A stretch of 33,836 bases of DNA from Basidioascus undulatus (Eukaryota). Both the position numbers and the translations under genes were made by a program. Below are positions 9,205 to 22,500 of the stretch, piece by piece. Below the pieces are notes generated by a model that saw only the letters and a program-made list of their open reading frames with translations, was not told the origin of the DNA and ran no database searches. The stretch is taken from the NCBI GenBank assembly GCA_000826855.1, contig JTLS01000081.1, forward strand, positions 1-33,836. The letters are read 5' to 3'. Each line of letters begins with the position of its first letter. The first letter of the stretch is position 1.

Positions 9205-12200
9205 ATGGCGTCCCCGCACCCGCCTTCGACGCCCAGCACCGCGCCCAACACCCCCGGCCCGCAGACGGTGCACCAAATCCGCGCAAAGTCGGCGGGCCAT
9301 GGCGGGCCCCTCAAGAAGATGTGCGTCCTTTTTTCTCCCATCTCAAGATATTTGCTGGGGTTCATACTGAACGTATGGACTGGGATGGACGGACGACAGC
9401 TTGGTCGCGAACCGAGGCGAGATTGCGATCCGCGTCTTCCGCACCGCGCACGAGCTCGCGATGCAGACCGTCGCGCTCTACTCGTACGAGGACCGGCTCT
9501 CCGCGCACCGGTACAAGGCCGACGAGGCGTACCAGGTCGGCACGGGCCTCACGCCCGTCGCGGCGTACCTCGCGCAGGACGACATCATCCGCATCGCGCT
9601 CGAGCACGGCGTGGACATGATCCATCCCGGCTATGGATTCCTGTCCGAGAACTTCGGGTTTGCGCGTAAGTGCGAGGAGGCGGGGATCGCGTTCGTCGGG
9701 CCGTCGCCGGAGGCGATCGAGGGGCTTGGTGACAAGGTGCGTGCGCTTTCGGTTCTTTGGGCGGTAGTGCGAAGGCGGGTCGAGCGCGTGAGACTGAATG
9801 GGCTGCTGCTTGGGAGAACAGGTCAAGGCCCGCACGCTCGCGATGAAGGTCAACGTGCCCGTCGTGCCCGGCACGCCTGGCCCCGTCGAGTCGTACACCC
9901 ATGCGGATGCGTTCGTCAAGGAGCACGGCTACCCTGTGATCATCAAGGCAGCGATGGGCGGCGGCGGGCGCGGCATGCGTGTCGTGCGGAACCAGGCCGA
10001 CTTCAAAGACTCGTTCGAGCGCGCCGTGTCCGAGGCCACGTCGGCGTTCGGCGACGGCACGGTCTTCATCGAGCGCTTCCTCGATCATCCGCGCCACATC
10101 GAGGTCCAGCTTCTCGCCGACTCGCACGGCAACGTCGTACACCTCTTTGAGCGCGACTGCTCCGTCCAGCGCAGGCACCAGAAGGTCGTCGAGGTCGCGC
10201 CTGCCCCCAACTTGAGCGAGGAGATCCGCAACGCCATCCTCGCCGACGCGATTAAGCTCGCGCAGGCGATCGGGTACAGGAGCGCCGGTACCGCGGAGTG
10301 TGAGTTCACATGCTGAGTGCAAGCGGCCGGGAGACGGCTGAGCTGCGAGAGCTCACGCTTGCTGCTGGTTGCTGCTGGGAATCGATTTGCAGTCCTTGTC
10401 GACCAGATGGGCAGGCACTACTTTATCGAAATCAACCCCCGTATCCAGGTCGAGCACACCATCACCGGTTCGTCGCGCTTCCCCTTGGCCCCCCACAAAC
10501 CACCTTGCTGATTCCCGCCCTCCCATCTCTCTTACACTTTAGAGGAGATCACCGGCATCGACATCGTCGCCGCGCAGATCCAGATCGCGTCCGGCGCGTC
10601 GCTCCCGCAGCTCGGCCTCACCCAGGACGCCATCTCCAAGCGCGGCTTTGCGATCCAGTGCCGTGTCACGACCGAGGACGCCGCGGCCAACTTCCAGCCG
10701 GACACGGGCAAGATCGAGGTCTACCGCTCTGCTGGTGGTAACGGCATCCGACTCGACGCCAGCTCTGGTTTCGCCGGCGCGCAGATCACGGTGCGTCCCT
10801 CTTGTCACAGGGGCTTGAGCGATAGAGAGGCAGGCAGCTGATGCGATCGGGATGCTGGGATTGCAGCCGCACTACGACAGCTTGCTCGTCAAGGTCTCCG
10901 CTCGTGGCTCGACGTACGAGGTCGCGCGCCGCAAGATGCTTCGTGCGCTCGTCGAGTTCCGCATTCGTGGTGTCAAGACCAACATGTGCGTCCTTGACCG
11001 CCTGTCCGACTAGCGCAAGCTCAGCTGACACTGTCATGACCTGCAGCCCTTTCATGTTCCGCCTCCTCACCCACGACGTCTTCGTCTCTGGCAACACCTG
11101 GACGACCGTGCGTACTTCTCAGCCCCTCATTCACGCGTCCGCTCAGCCGCAGACAAACTTCTCCTGACAGTTCATCGACGACTCGCCCGAGCTCTTCAAG
11201 CTCGTCACATCGCAGAACCGCGCGCAGAAGCTGCTTGCCTATCTCGGCGATGTCGCCGTCAACGGCTCCTCGATCAAGGGCCAGGTCGGTGACCCGGGCC
11301 TGAAGACGGAAATCGCGATCCCGACGCTGGAGGACCGCAACGACCCGTCCAAGCCGCTCGACACGTCCGAGCCCTGCACGTCTGGCTGGCGCAACATCAT
11401 CCTCGAGAAGGGCCCCGCGGGCTTCGCCAAGGCCGTGCGCGACTACCCCGGCTGCCTCATCATGGACACCACCTGGCGCGACGCCCACCAGAGCTTGCTC
11501 GCCACCCGCCTCCGCACGATCGACATGGCCAACATCGCAAAGGAGACGAGCCACGCACTTGCCAACGCGTACTCGCTCGAGTGCTGGGGCGGCGCGACGT
11601 TCGACGTCGCTATGCGCTTCCTGTATGAGGACCCGTGGGACCGTCTGGTGCGTTTCTCTTGGAATACGAAGTGAGAACTGGCAGGTTACTGATGCTTGGA
11701 TGAGTCCAACAGCGCAAGCTCCGCAAGCTCGTGCCCAACATCCCCTTCCAGGCGCTCGTTCGTGGCGCCAACGCCGTCGGCTACACGAGCTACCCCGACA
11801 ACGCCATCTACGAGTGCGTTTCCTTCTATCGGTCGCCCCTCGTCCACGCTCAATTGCTGATCCATTCGCGCCGGCAGCTTTTCCAAGAAGGCCGTCGAGG
11901 CCGGGCTCGACATCTTCCGTGTCTTCGACTCGCTCAACTACGTCGAGAACATGAAGCTCGGCATCGACGCGGCTAAGAAGGCGGGCGGTGTCGTCGAGGC
12001 GACCGTGTGCTACTCCGGCGACGTCGCCAGCCCCAAGGAGACCAAGTACACGCTCGACTACTACCTCAACTTTGTCCAGGAGCTCGTCGACTGCGGCATC
12101 CATGTCCTCGGCATCAAGGACATGGCGGGTCTGCTCAAGCCACACGCGGCGACGCTGTAAGTCTGCGAGCCAATTCTGAGCGGTTTAAAACGGGGATGGA

Positions 12201-14489
12201 GAGCCTGACGTGGATGCGGCGAACAGCCTCATCGGCGCTATCCGCAAGAAGTTCCCGGACCTGCCGATCCACGTCCACTCGCACGACACTGCCGGTATCT
12301 CGGCCGCGAGCATGATCGCTTGCGCCCAGGCTGGCGCGGACGTCGTCGACGTTGCCATTGACAGTGCCTCCTCTTCCTGTGCTCTGCAGCTATAGAGGAC
12401 ATTGAATGACCAACCCCCGCTCCCGAACCCAGGCATGTCTGGCCTCACCTCGCAGCCCTCTATGGGCGCTGTCGTCACTGCACTCGAGCAGACCCACCTC
12501 GGCACGGTCCGTCCCTCTCCCTCCGCTCACCTTGCTCGTCTAAGAACGGTACTGATGGAAGATTGTGAACAGGGTATCCGCCACAAGGACATCCAGGCCC
12601 TGAACCTCTACTGGTCGCAGGTCCGGATGCTCTACTCGTGCTTCGAGGCCAACGTCCGCGCATCCGACTCGGGCGTGTTCGACCACGAGATGCCTGGTGG
12701 CCAGTACACGTGCGTAGTCGAGATCTGTAGAAATGCCGAGCCATGAAACAGTTGCTGATGGCGCGAGGACGGAAACAGCAACCTCATGTTCCAGGCGCAG
12801 CAGCTCGGTCTCGGCACCCAGTGGATCGAGATCAAACAGAAGTACATCGAGGCGAACCGGCTTGTGCGTTCCTAATTTCGCACAATTTCCACCCCCTCGC
12901 GAGACGTGATGCTGATGCTGTGGTTGCGCGCTCTTTTTCAGTGCGGGAACATCGTCAAGGTCACGCCGTCGTCCAAGGTCGTTGGTGACTTTGCGGTACG
13001 CCTTTGTTCTGCCTTAACTACCGAGCGATGATCGCTTATGTTCCGAGATGTGTGGACAGCAATTCATGGTCTCCAACAAGCTCTCCGAGCAGGACGTCCT
13101 CGACCGGGCGGACAAGCTCGACTTCCCCTCGTCCGTCGTGGAGTTCTTCCAGGGTGCGTGCGCTCTGTCGCCGCCTTTTAACCTCCCGCTTTTTCACGCG
13201 CTAACCCACTACTTTCGCCTTTGTTAACAGGCTACCTCGGCCAGCCCGTCGGAGGCTTCCCCGAGCCGCTGCGGTCCAAGATCATCCGCGACCGGCCGCG
13301 CGTCGACGGCCGGCCCGGCGCCGGCATGGCGCCCCTTGACCTGCACAAGATCAAGAAGGACCTGACCAAGAAGTACGGCAAGACAATCACCCACTTCGAC
13401 GTCGCAAGCTACGCCATGTACCCCAAGGTCTTCGAGGAGGTGGGTGCCGCTACTTTGTCTGTCGGAGCGTAAAGAAAACAAGGAGCTGACAAGATTGCGG
13501 GAATGTTGGATCACAGTTCCAAGAGTTCGTTGAGAAGGTACGCGGCTGGCTTTGCTATCCGTGTTCGAAGGACTTAGTCTGGCCTGACCCGTTTCGCGCG
13601 CGCAGTACGGTGACCTCAGCGTCGTCCCTACTCGTGTCTTCCTCGCCCGCCCAGAGATCAACGAGGAGATTGCCATCGAGATCGAGCAGTGAGTCGACTC
13701 ACCAGCAGCTCTTGACTAGTGCGCAAGGTCGCTGAGGTGCTAAACTTACGCTGCTTCGCGTCACAGGGGCAAGACGCTGCTTATCAAGCTTCTCGCCGTC
13801 GGTCCCCTCGACCAGGAGAAAGGTGTCCGTGACGTCTTCTTCGAGGTGCGTCTCCCTTGTTTGCAGGTCCTCTGGCGCCAAGGCATTCCGCTGACGATGC
13901 GGCTCTCCGCAGCTTAACGGCGAGGTCCGTGCTGTGCAGATCGACGACCGGTCCGCGGCGACGGGAAAGTGTTTGCGGCTGTTGGAACACCGGACTGCAA
14001 GCTGATCGAGGTACATAACTCCTCAGAGCACGTTACCCGCGAGAAGGCCAAGCGCGACGAGCCGGGTCACGTTGGTTCTCCGATGTCGTACGTCCGCCTC
14101 GCACCGATGCAGGAGTACATTGGCTATTTGATGCTGACAATCGCTCTTCTCCTGGCAGGGGTGTTGTCGTCGAGGTGCGCTGCAAAGAGGGCAGCGACGT
14201 CAAGCAGGGCGACCCGCTTGTTGTCCTCTCGGCGATGAAGGTTCGTCTGCCCAAAGCGGTCGCAAATCTCTGATAGTCCCACTCACTCAACACTCCTCCG
14301 ATCAGATGGAGTCTGTTGTCAGCGCCCCGGTATCGGGCAAGTTGAAGCGGGTTCTCGGTACGCTCGATTCCAATCTTTCTGCAAGCGTGTCGTATGAAAC
14401 TGACTGACGTGTTTCGTTATCGTCCCACAGTCGAGCAGAGCGACTCTCTCGCGCAGGGCGACCTCATCTGCGAGATCGCACACGCGTGA
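9205..14489 (+). CDS. PYC1: Pyruvate carboxylase (25 coding exons)
   Basis: Spliced translation gives [100 protein letters not shown] and biotinyl AMK|M. Exons: 9205-9320, 9400-9736, 9822-10299, 10393-10467, 10543-10790, 10867-10985, 11047-11107, 11171-11647, 11713-11813, 11878-12156, 12227-12363, 12433-12506, 12573-12709, 12779-12863, 12942-12995, 13060-13153, 13231-13439, 13517-13537, 13606-13688, 13767-13845, 13913-13964, 14027-14087, 14159-14240, 14306-14357, 14431-14489. Intron 21 has a GA donor. Confidence 0.98.
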
Positions 14490-14756
14490 GACAGATAATC
14501 CGCGCAGGATCGTGGGCGGACGATTCCATAGACGCTGGGCGAGGCAGCTGGCGGGATCTCAGCAGTTCATACTCAGCTTCCCCCTCTTTTCTCTCTTCAT
14601 ATTGTTTCTTGCTGCATCCTTTTTGGCGATTATTGTTCCTAGGCCTTCCTATTCTGACGCAAAGTGACATGACAATTGATGTAACTATCTGAAGTGCACA
14701 GGGGATGAGTGTGCGTGAGTGGTGTCCGCAAAGACAGGCTGCTGCGAACATTCCCG

Positions 14757-14795
14757 AAGTTGCTCTTGCAAGTTGTTTCTTGCAAGTTGTTCTTG
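14757..14795. repeat. Short imperfect tandem repeat, 3 x ~13 nt
   Basis: AAGTTGCTCTTGC / AAGTTGTTTCTTGC / AAGTTGTTCTTG, read directly from the sequence. Confidence 0.8.
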
Positions 14796-15231
14796 TTTTT
14801 AGCCATCACTCATGCAGCATGATGTTCATTGAAATGTAGGCTATGTTTCAAATCGGGGCAACCAAAAGCGCAAAGGAGAGTTGAAGGGGAGCTGCCGGCC
14901 CTCGGTTGCAAGTTTGCAAGTGCGGTGAGGCTTTGCGGATAAAAACCGACGGGCTGGTCAAGCTTTCTCGGCTCGCTATTCTAGAAAAGTGCGTCATCAC
15001 GAGCAGAAGGGAAGTTCATGTTCGCGGATCGCAAGCTTCACGTGCTTACTTGAAAGGCTGGGTGTACTACCGCTTTTCGCCTTCTCAGTCGTCTTCTTCC
15101 TTGCCGAAGCTCTTCGGGTCCTTGACCTCTGAGGTAGACATTCCAAAAGGAGGAGAGAAATCATGGCACTCCCCGCTGACGCCAAAAGCTCGTTCACCTT
15201 ATCCTAGGAGCATCAGCACGTGCGCGGCGAC

Positions 15232-16992
15232 ATGCACGCATCCCGTTCACACCAGGAGGATGGCCCAGTACAACCCGTCGATGCCCCTGAGACTTCGTCC
15301 TTTGGCCGCGCAGCCAACACCGTCGACGCCGTGATCAGTTTCCTCGCAGTGCTTGGCTCGCTCTGCATGATCGTGCCGTACATCCTCACGCCCAAGCTGC
15401 GGAAGCTACGGCATAGACTCATATTGGGACTCGCAATCTCTGATCTCCTACTGAGGTGAGATATAAAGTGTTCTTGGGCTTGTGGGGACAGGGTCGGGCT
15501 ATGGGCTTCTGGGTGTGAGCTACGTTCTCAGTATATCATGTACACACGCAGTTTTTGCTGATCGATCTGACAAAGCACAGTCCGCTTGACACCTCAACCG
15601 TTAAGAGAATCGCTCTGATATTATATTCTGTCAAATATCTTTCCGACAGCCTTGCCGTGCTCTGTCCCACGCTGTACTGCCTCACCCGCTCGGATGGACC
15701 CGTCCGGCTGGCCAATTCGGCTGCGTGTCCAGCGCAGGGCTTTATCCTCTCGGCGTCGGTGACGACCTGGCATCTATGGGCTCCGGCGATAGCCCTTGCC
15801 ACATACGCCCTCATTAGGGCCCCGCGCAGTAATTGGACGCTTCTGTTGGAGCAGTACTGGGCAGTCATGGCCACTGCGATCTGGCTGGTCGCGATTGGGG
15901 TAAGCGTGGCTGGGTACTTCATCGCAGGCTATGTGGTAGGCCGGCATTCTTCTGCATAGTGGAAGCCCACCGTGAGCTCACCGGTGGTGCGGAACAGTAT
16001 ATAGGGGCTTTCTGCTACTATCCGAACAACACGTTTTCCAACGTCTACATGTTCGTTCCTCGTGCAGTCGCTCTCGTCCTCATCGTCATCCTCTACACTC
16101 GCCTCTACTTTTTCCTCCGTCGCAAGCGCGACCCGGTTCTTGCCTTTGGGACTGCGTCGGACGAGCAGAATGGAACAGGCGAGACGAGCGGCAACAGCGG
16201 GGCAGCTTGGGAAAGGTTAGGGTTGCCGGAGTTCCCTTCCGCGTCGGAAGGACCACAGGCTACAGAGGGCGGTCACTCCCCCTGCTCGCACCCTGATGCG
16301 TTCCCACCGCGAGGCACGTCCCGAGATCATGGCAGCGCGGGCCCGGCCAAAAGAAGCATGAGCGTCCAGACGCATCGCCGCGGGAGCGCGAGTTCAAGAG
16401 TCACTGATGAGCGAGAGGACGAGCTGGGCGGCTATATGCACCGTGTGGTCGGAAAACTGATGCTTCTTTACCCTTTTGCGGTGAGTTTTCATTGGCAATT
16501 TCGCCAATTTTCCACCCAACACGAGTTGACGTGCCTGCGAGTCACGCCCTTTCGAGCGATCAAGTACCTCTGCCTCTTCTCGGTTTCGCTCGTAAAAGTC
16601 ATCTATGATTTCGCAGCACCGTCCGAGTGGGTCTTATTTTCGCTGCTTTCCCGATCCGCAATTGTTTCTGATCTTGTTCGTCTGAAACCGATGATAGGCC
16701 GGCCGCACTGCATGCCGTAGGACGCTGGCTGATGTGCTCTTCAGGGGTAGTTGACGCGGTTATTTACACGTTTGTGGAGTGGAAAGTTCGAACGTAAGTC
16801 TCTTGCAGACGTCTTCAAATTCTACTTTACTGCTTTTCTATAGCAAATATTGCTCAACGGGCCTCACGTTTGCTTCATAGACTCGTGATTGCCAAAGCCC
16901 GAGCGCGGCAGTCGTGTCCCGAGAATGCCCAAGTAGCGACGTTTGTCGGTGGCGGGCTTAGGTTCAGGACGGATAGGGAAACCCGCCGTTAA
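15232..16992 (+). CDS. 7-TM G-protein-coupled receptor, Git3/Gpr1 or cAMP-receptor-like
   Basis: Hydrophobic helices with family-typical motifs: KLRHRLILGLAISDLLLS, CPAQGF, YIGAFCYY, LYTRLYFFLRR, a long third intracellular loop, KLMLLYPFAY and SSGVVDAVIY. Introns begin at 15456, ~15937, 16481, ~16627 and ~16794. The start codon and last acceptor are uncertain. Confidence 0.8.
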
Positions 16993-17266
16993 GATGCAAA
17001 GATTGTGTCCGGCCCGAAGACAATAAATAGCTCACAGCACACCCTGCCCCTGCGCCATTGAGCGTTGTCAAGTTGACTGCGTCACGACAACCAAAGCTTC
17101 GAATTACTTTTACGGCCGCACGCCTGCCTCGTAGAGCGTCGGACACAAATTGCGCTGGCTGAATGACAGATCTGGTCGAGCGCTCGCTGCTGCTTCTGAC
17201 AAGTGAAAGACAAAATAAGACAAACCGGAAGGAAAACAGCCTTGAAGCAAGAACGTGCTGGACAGC

Positions 17267-18944
17267 TCATTTTAATGGACAATTTGCTAATTTTTCCGTG
17301 TTGAGCACAACCTCGTCCCACCGCTCGATGCAAACATCCAGTATGCGTCGTTCGTCAACCGAGATCATCAGCGCCATCCGCAAGTCCGTCTCGCGGGCAG
17401 CCTGCCGAGGAACCACGTTAGCCAAGGCCCGCACCTGTCCGTGAACCAGTAGACGCACCTCGATCAAGTCCCACATGTCCGTTCTCTCGGGCTGACGGTA
17501 TTCCGAGCGTCGCTCACGCAAGAGGCACAGGACGCCGAGGGCGTGCATGCGTGCGCGCAACGCTTCGCCCAAGGTTGGCGCAGGATCTCCTCCGACTAGC
17601 GCTTCTTGCACGTCCAGTATCGCCTGCCAGATGGATGCGTCCAATCCCGCGCGGCCGGCAGCGCGTGTCCAGAGCCCTTGCGATATTCTCCCGTCCGCGT
17701 CAACCCAAGCGCCTCGACCCTCACACAAGAGTTCGCCGCTCCGCCCATGCAGCTGATGTGCGTCGGGCACCTCGCCCGAAGGACCGACGGAGACCTTGTC
17801 CGCCGAATTGGCTTCTAAGATGAAGCCGTAATCGAGCGCGAGTCGCGCGTTCGGGATATCCTCGCCGTAGGAGTTGAAGGCTTCGTCGCCCGGCTGGAGC
17901 TGCTCGTAGCAGACGATGTCGACCGTATCCGGCGGGAGCATGGAAGAAGACGCATCGGAGGTGGGAGATGAGGAGGGGGAGTCGTGAGGACATGAAGAGA
18001 GAGAGCCGCATTGGGGACAAACGTAGTCGTCCGACTGTGATGTTTAACATGCAATACGTAAAGCGCACTGCGTATGCGGAAGTGTTGAAGAGATGAACGG
18101 ACCTCAAAGTGCACATTGTTTTCCTCGACGTGGTTGTATCTGGCAGACGAAAGGTGAGCAGCAAACTTTTCATCGTTGGGGAGAGACCTCACAGATCAGC
18201 GAGGGGCACCATGGCCGCTCCGTGATAGTTGTCGATGCTAAACGCCCGACTGGACACGAGCGAATAAGCCCGTTCGAACTCGCAGAGTTCAGGCGGTGGC
18301 AGCTCTGGCGCAACAGACTGGAGGATCGGCTGCGCCACGCGGTAGTAAAACTCGACGACAGCGGCCTGTCCGTGACCTGGTCAGTTGCAATATTCCGTTC
18401 AAGGATCCTCAGTGAGGGGATGAGATCTTACGCGACTTGACCGTCCGCCAACCTCGCTATTTTCCCTCTCGAGCAGTCCGCGCTGGACCTCTGTGCCCTG
18501 GGCCCACTCTTGCGCATTGCCCCTCCAGAAGACCGCCAGCGGGATTTGCCCGCACGGTAGCGATCGAATGTACCCGCTCCAGCGGCTGGCTTTTCCGAGA
18601 CGCATCTCATGTAAGAGCGCGACAGCGAGCAGAAGAATGGGTGGATGGAGCCCTCTAAGCGGGACGAGACGATCCGAGATAGATGTGGTGCGGATCGAGA
18701 GCGTGCTGGGTTTCGGAAGATGGGAGACTACAGCTTCTCGGGTCAGTCGGATGCTACGACCTGATGAACAGAGCACCAACGCACTGATCTCGTAGCGTGA
18801 TATGCTGGACGTGGCGAAAATGCCCCAGCCCTCGTACTCGGATGACCATCGGATCTCGAGGCGCGGATCGAGCCAGACGTCGTTGCGGGCGAACCAGTCC
18901 AGTAGGTCTGCAAGCCGCACCTCCAGAGAGCGGTAACAATCCAT
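17267..18944 (-). CDS. SET-domain protein-lysine N-methyltransferase (Rkm3/Rkm4/SETD6-like)
   Basis: Spliced motifs: LLDWFARNDVWLDPRLEI, GWGIFA, LLHEMRLGKASRWSGYIRSLP, AYSLVSSRAFSIDNYHGAAMVPLADLYNH, VHFESDDYVCPQCGS, GDEAFNSYGEDIPNARLALDYGF. Introns are GT-AG (for example 18728-18784). Confidence 0.88.
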
Positions 18945-19557
18945 CGTGTACAGATGAATGGCTATTAGCAAGGGCGCATGAGCCGTCAGCGCGGGGTAGA
19001 TGGCAGAAGGGAAAGGAGCTTCGGTTATGTGAGCGACCTACCGTGAGCCGAGAAATTGTCAGCTTGGCTGCGAAGCGTTGATCGAGCTGATCGAAGAATG
19101 ATCGATAATAAGCGCTTGCAATTCGTTGAGTGAGTGGTTCGAGACGAGATGCGAAACTAGAAACCCGGTCGTCCCGGCGTGAGCTGAGCGGAATGACGGG
19201 CGCAGGCAAGAGCGAACATGTTCGCCCTCACGCACTCGCCTCATATGTCCACACGGTATCGCAAGTTGGCTGGCAGACGCAGGCACAATTTAAGTATGAG
19301 GGCGTCCATATAAGATACTCTTCCGGGTAATGATACAGAGTGGATAAAATCGAAGTGAAGGCGCACGGCACGGCAAGGAGCGACGGGATAAGGAGAGGAG
19401 AAATGTTGCGAGGATGCGAGGGCTATTGTGATGCAAGAGGAGGAGTAGGTAGAGTGGCCAGCTTAGGCCGAAGGTCACCAATAAGATAAGTAGGAACGAA
19501 TGAAATGAAGAAAATGCGAAGAGGGACAATAAACAAGAAACAAGTGGGAAGCGAATA

Positions 19558-22500
19558 TCAAACGACTTCATAACCTTGGGCATTCAGACCCCATTGCGAC
19601 TCGATGGAAGGCATGCGATGAGGAACGCGCGGCCGGACCGGAGCTGGTGTGACCGCATCGAGTCTGGCAAGTGTCAAAATCAGCAGTAGCCAGGAGGAAT
19701 GGAGTGGATGAGGATCTAAGGCTTACTCCCACTCGCGCCGAAGCCGATTATATACGGCTTTGAAGGCACTGAGCGCGCCCTTCTCCATAACGAGGACGAC
19801 GCTCGTCGCGAAGAGGCTGCCGATCTGCGGCGAGAGGCCCGGCGAACGCGGGCTGCTGCTTGCGCCGTGCAGGTGGATCTCGACGCGGAAGCGAACGGCC
19901 TTCTGAGTCGTAACCATGCCGGTAGGGTCTGGCGATGGTGATGGTGAGCCAAGCTGCTTTGATGTCACCGATACTGAGAAGAGAAACTGCGGACCCCGGA
20001 TCTCGTCCAGTTTACACCGCACCACGCCGAGCCCGTCCTCATCCTGCATGACGGTCGCGACGCCGAAGCTCTCGAGCAGCCGCTGCGCCTCGATGCGGGT
20101 CACGAGGTGGTTCTCCGTTGACAGGAGACTGTAGCTGGCGGGCTTGAACGAGAACATGTTAGAAAACCAGCTACGCTTCGGGCTGGGGCCGGCGCCCGTA
20201 GGGGTTGTCGGAGAGGGAGTGGGCGGCGAGCGGTCGGCGGAGGCGAAGTAGACGGCGGGCCGAGCGGCTGAGAGGTCGATCTCGGCAGCTGAACGTCGAA
20301 GGGTGATCAATAAGAAATCGAGAGGGATAAGAAACAGCGAGGAACGTACGTCGCTTCTTCTTAGACAACTTGCCGGGCAGCGGGATGTTGGCGAGCTTGG
20401 GCGACACCGACGGTACTTGTACAGGCTGGGCAACACGGCCTCCCAACGTGCGCGTCTGAGGTTGAGGGAGGGGGACCTCGTACTTGTCCAGCAGCGCGAC
20501 GATGGGCGACGTGGGCGGCGGACGGGACGCGGCGCCGTTCTCCTTGTCCGAACCACCGGAGGCGGTGCGGGGGACTGGCTGCGCGCTCCAACGCGGAGAC
20601 GTCGAGGGCGCGCCAGGGCTGAGCGCCGCGGGAGTCGGCCCGCGAGTCGTCGGGAACGCGCTGGTGGTCGGACTGCGTCGCGCCGACCGAGTGCGTGCGG
20701 CGGTGACAGCGACGGCGGCAGCGGCGGCGGCAGCGGCGGCGGCGGCAGGCGAAATGTCGTGCGAAGCGGTAGAGTCAAAGCCGAAGCCGAGGCCAACGTC
20801 GGTCGGTCCCGCAGAGAGGGCTGGGGAGGCGGCAGGGCTGGCACCGTCGAGCCAGGGCGAGCTAGCGCTGTCGCTTATATCGTCCTCCGCGTCCTCGAAC
20901 CGGCTGCGGTCGCCGCCTTCGCTCGCGAGAACGGGAGTTGGTGGAGGCGGGTTCACGGCTCCGGGCGGCATCCTGAACATCGCGCCGGGCGACAAGGAGA
21001 GCGGCTCGATCGGCGGTGCGACTGGGCAGACCTGCATCGCGCTGAGCTGCTCGGCGATGTCTTGGAAGAACTGCTGCAGCGCGTGATCCTCGACCTGGGG
21101 GACGGCGATGGAGGTCCTGCCACTGCTCGACTCGCCGCTGCTGGCGAACGACATCGGCGACGTCGGTCGGGGCGACGGAGGAGCTCTGCTTGAGGTCGAC
21201 GCGCTCGATGCAGCGGAGACATGGCTCGTCGAACGGTCCCGCTCCGGCGTCGCCGTCTGGAGCATGATCGCGGGGACGGCGAGGTTCGGCGAAAGAGGAG
21301 CGGGCGTGGCGACGCCGGCGGTCACGAGTCGGGGCGAAGGGGGGACACCGGGATGCTGGTTAGCTTTGCGTGGCGTCAGCGCGTCGGGCCGGATCGGGAG
21401 CTCGCGATGGGCGGGGATCGGTAGGGGTGGGAGGGCCGACTGCGGCGGCGGCTTGGGTGGGGAGACGAGAGAGGGAGGGAGGATCGCGCGCTTGTCGGGG
21501 CGTGGATGGCGCTTCTTCGGCTCGACGGGCTCGTCCATGTTGTAGTTCTCGAGGTGCTTGTTGCGATAACGAAGAAGGAGGAGGTAGATGGCCTTCTCGA
21601 ACGTCGGCCTGCGTTGCGAAAAGTACCGTGAGCGGTCCTGCGCAAGTGGGCTCATGGTTCGGATGGATACGCACTCGTCAACCAGCAGACGCTGAAGGAT
21701 CTTCTCCTCGGGCTCGCCGTGCCACAGCGTCTTGAGGTTGCTGAGGATGTCCGTGTCGACTTCTTCGCGCGTGCGGACGGGCCGCTCGACGTTGCCCATC
21801 TCGAGCCGGCTAGTCGGCGTGCCCGGCAGGCGCGGCGGCAGCCGAGTGAAGAAAGGGTGGACGAGGATCTCGGGCATCTGAGGGAATGGTGAGCATGTCA
21901 GCTTGGTCTCGTGACGCAGGCGGCGTTCAGCTTACGGTGATGCGCATGGCAGGATCGCGTTGCAGCATGCGATGTACGAGATCGCGAGCGTCGCCCGTGA
22001 TGTCCGCGGGCATCTCAAATCGGCCGACCTTGACCTTGTTGAGAAGCGTGCGAATGCTGCGAAGTGGAAGGGGAACCGTTAATGTCACGGTCACGCATTG
22101 GACGACCATGTCGACCGAGACGTACTTCTCGTCGTCGAAAGGCAGACGGCCCGTCAGAAGCGCGAAGAGGATGATGCCGCACGACCAGATGTCGGAGGTG
22201 GAGCCGTGGTAAGCCTTGCCCTGAAGTCCCGCTCTTCGTCAGCATGGGCATTGCAAAAAGCATAGGAATTCCACGCGTACCGAGACGATCTCCGGGCTCG
22301 CGTAATGAGGGCTCCCGCAACTAGTCTCGAGCATGCGGTCGCCGGGCTCGAGCGCGGCCATGCCGAAGTCCGCGACCTTGATGTTGAACTCGCGGTCGAG
22401 GAGCAGGTTCTCCGGCTTGAGATCGCGATGGCAGATGTTGTATGAGTGGCAGTAAGAGACGGCGAAGATGATCTGCTGGAAGTAGTGCAGCGCCTCGTCG

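Noticed and set aside
11021..12145. Long antisense ORFs over PC (also over the kinase at 20303-21193 and actin at 26181-26987)
   Set aside because: These are shadow ORFs caused by high GC3 codon bias on the sense strand.
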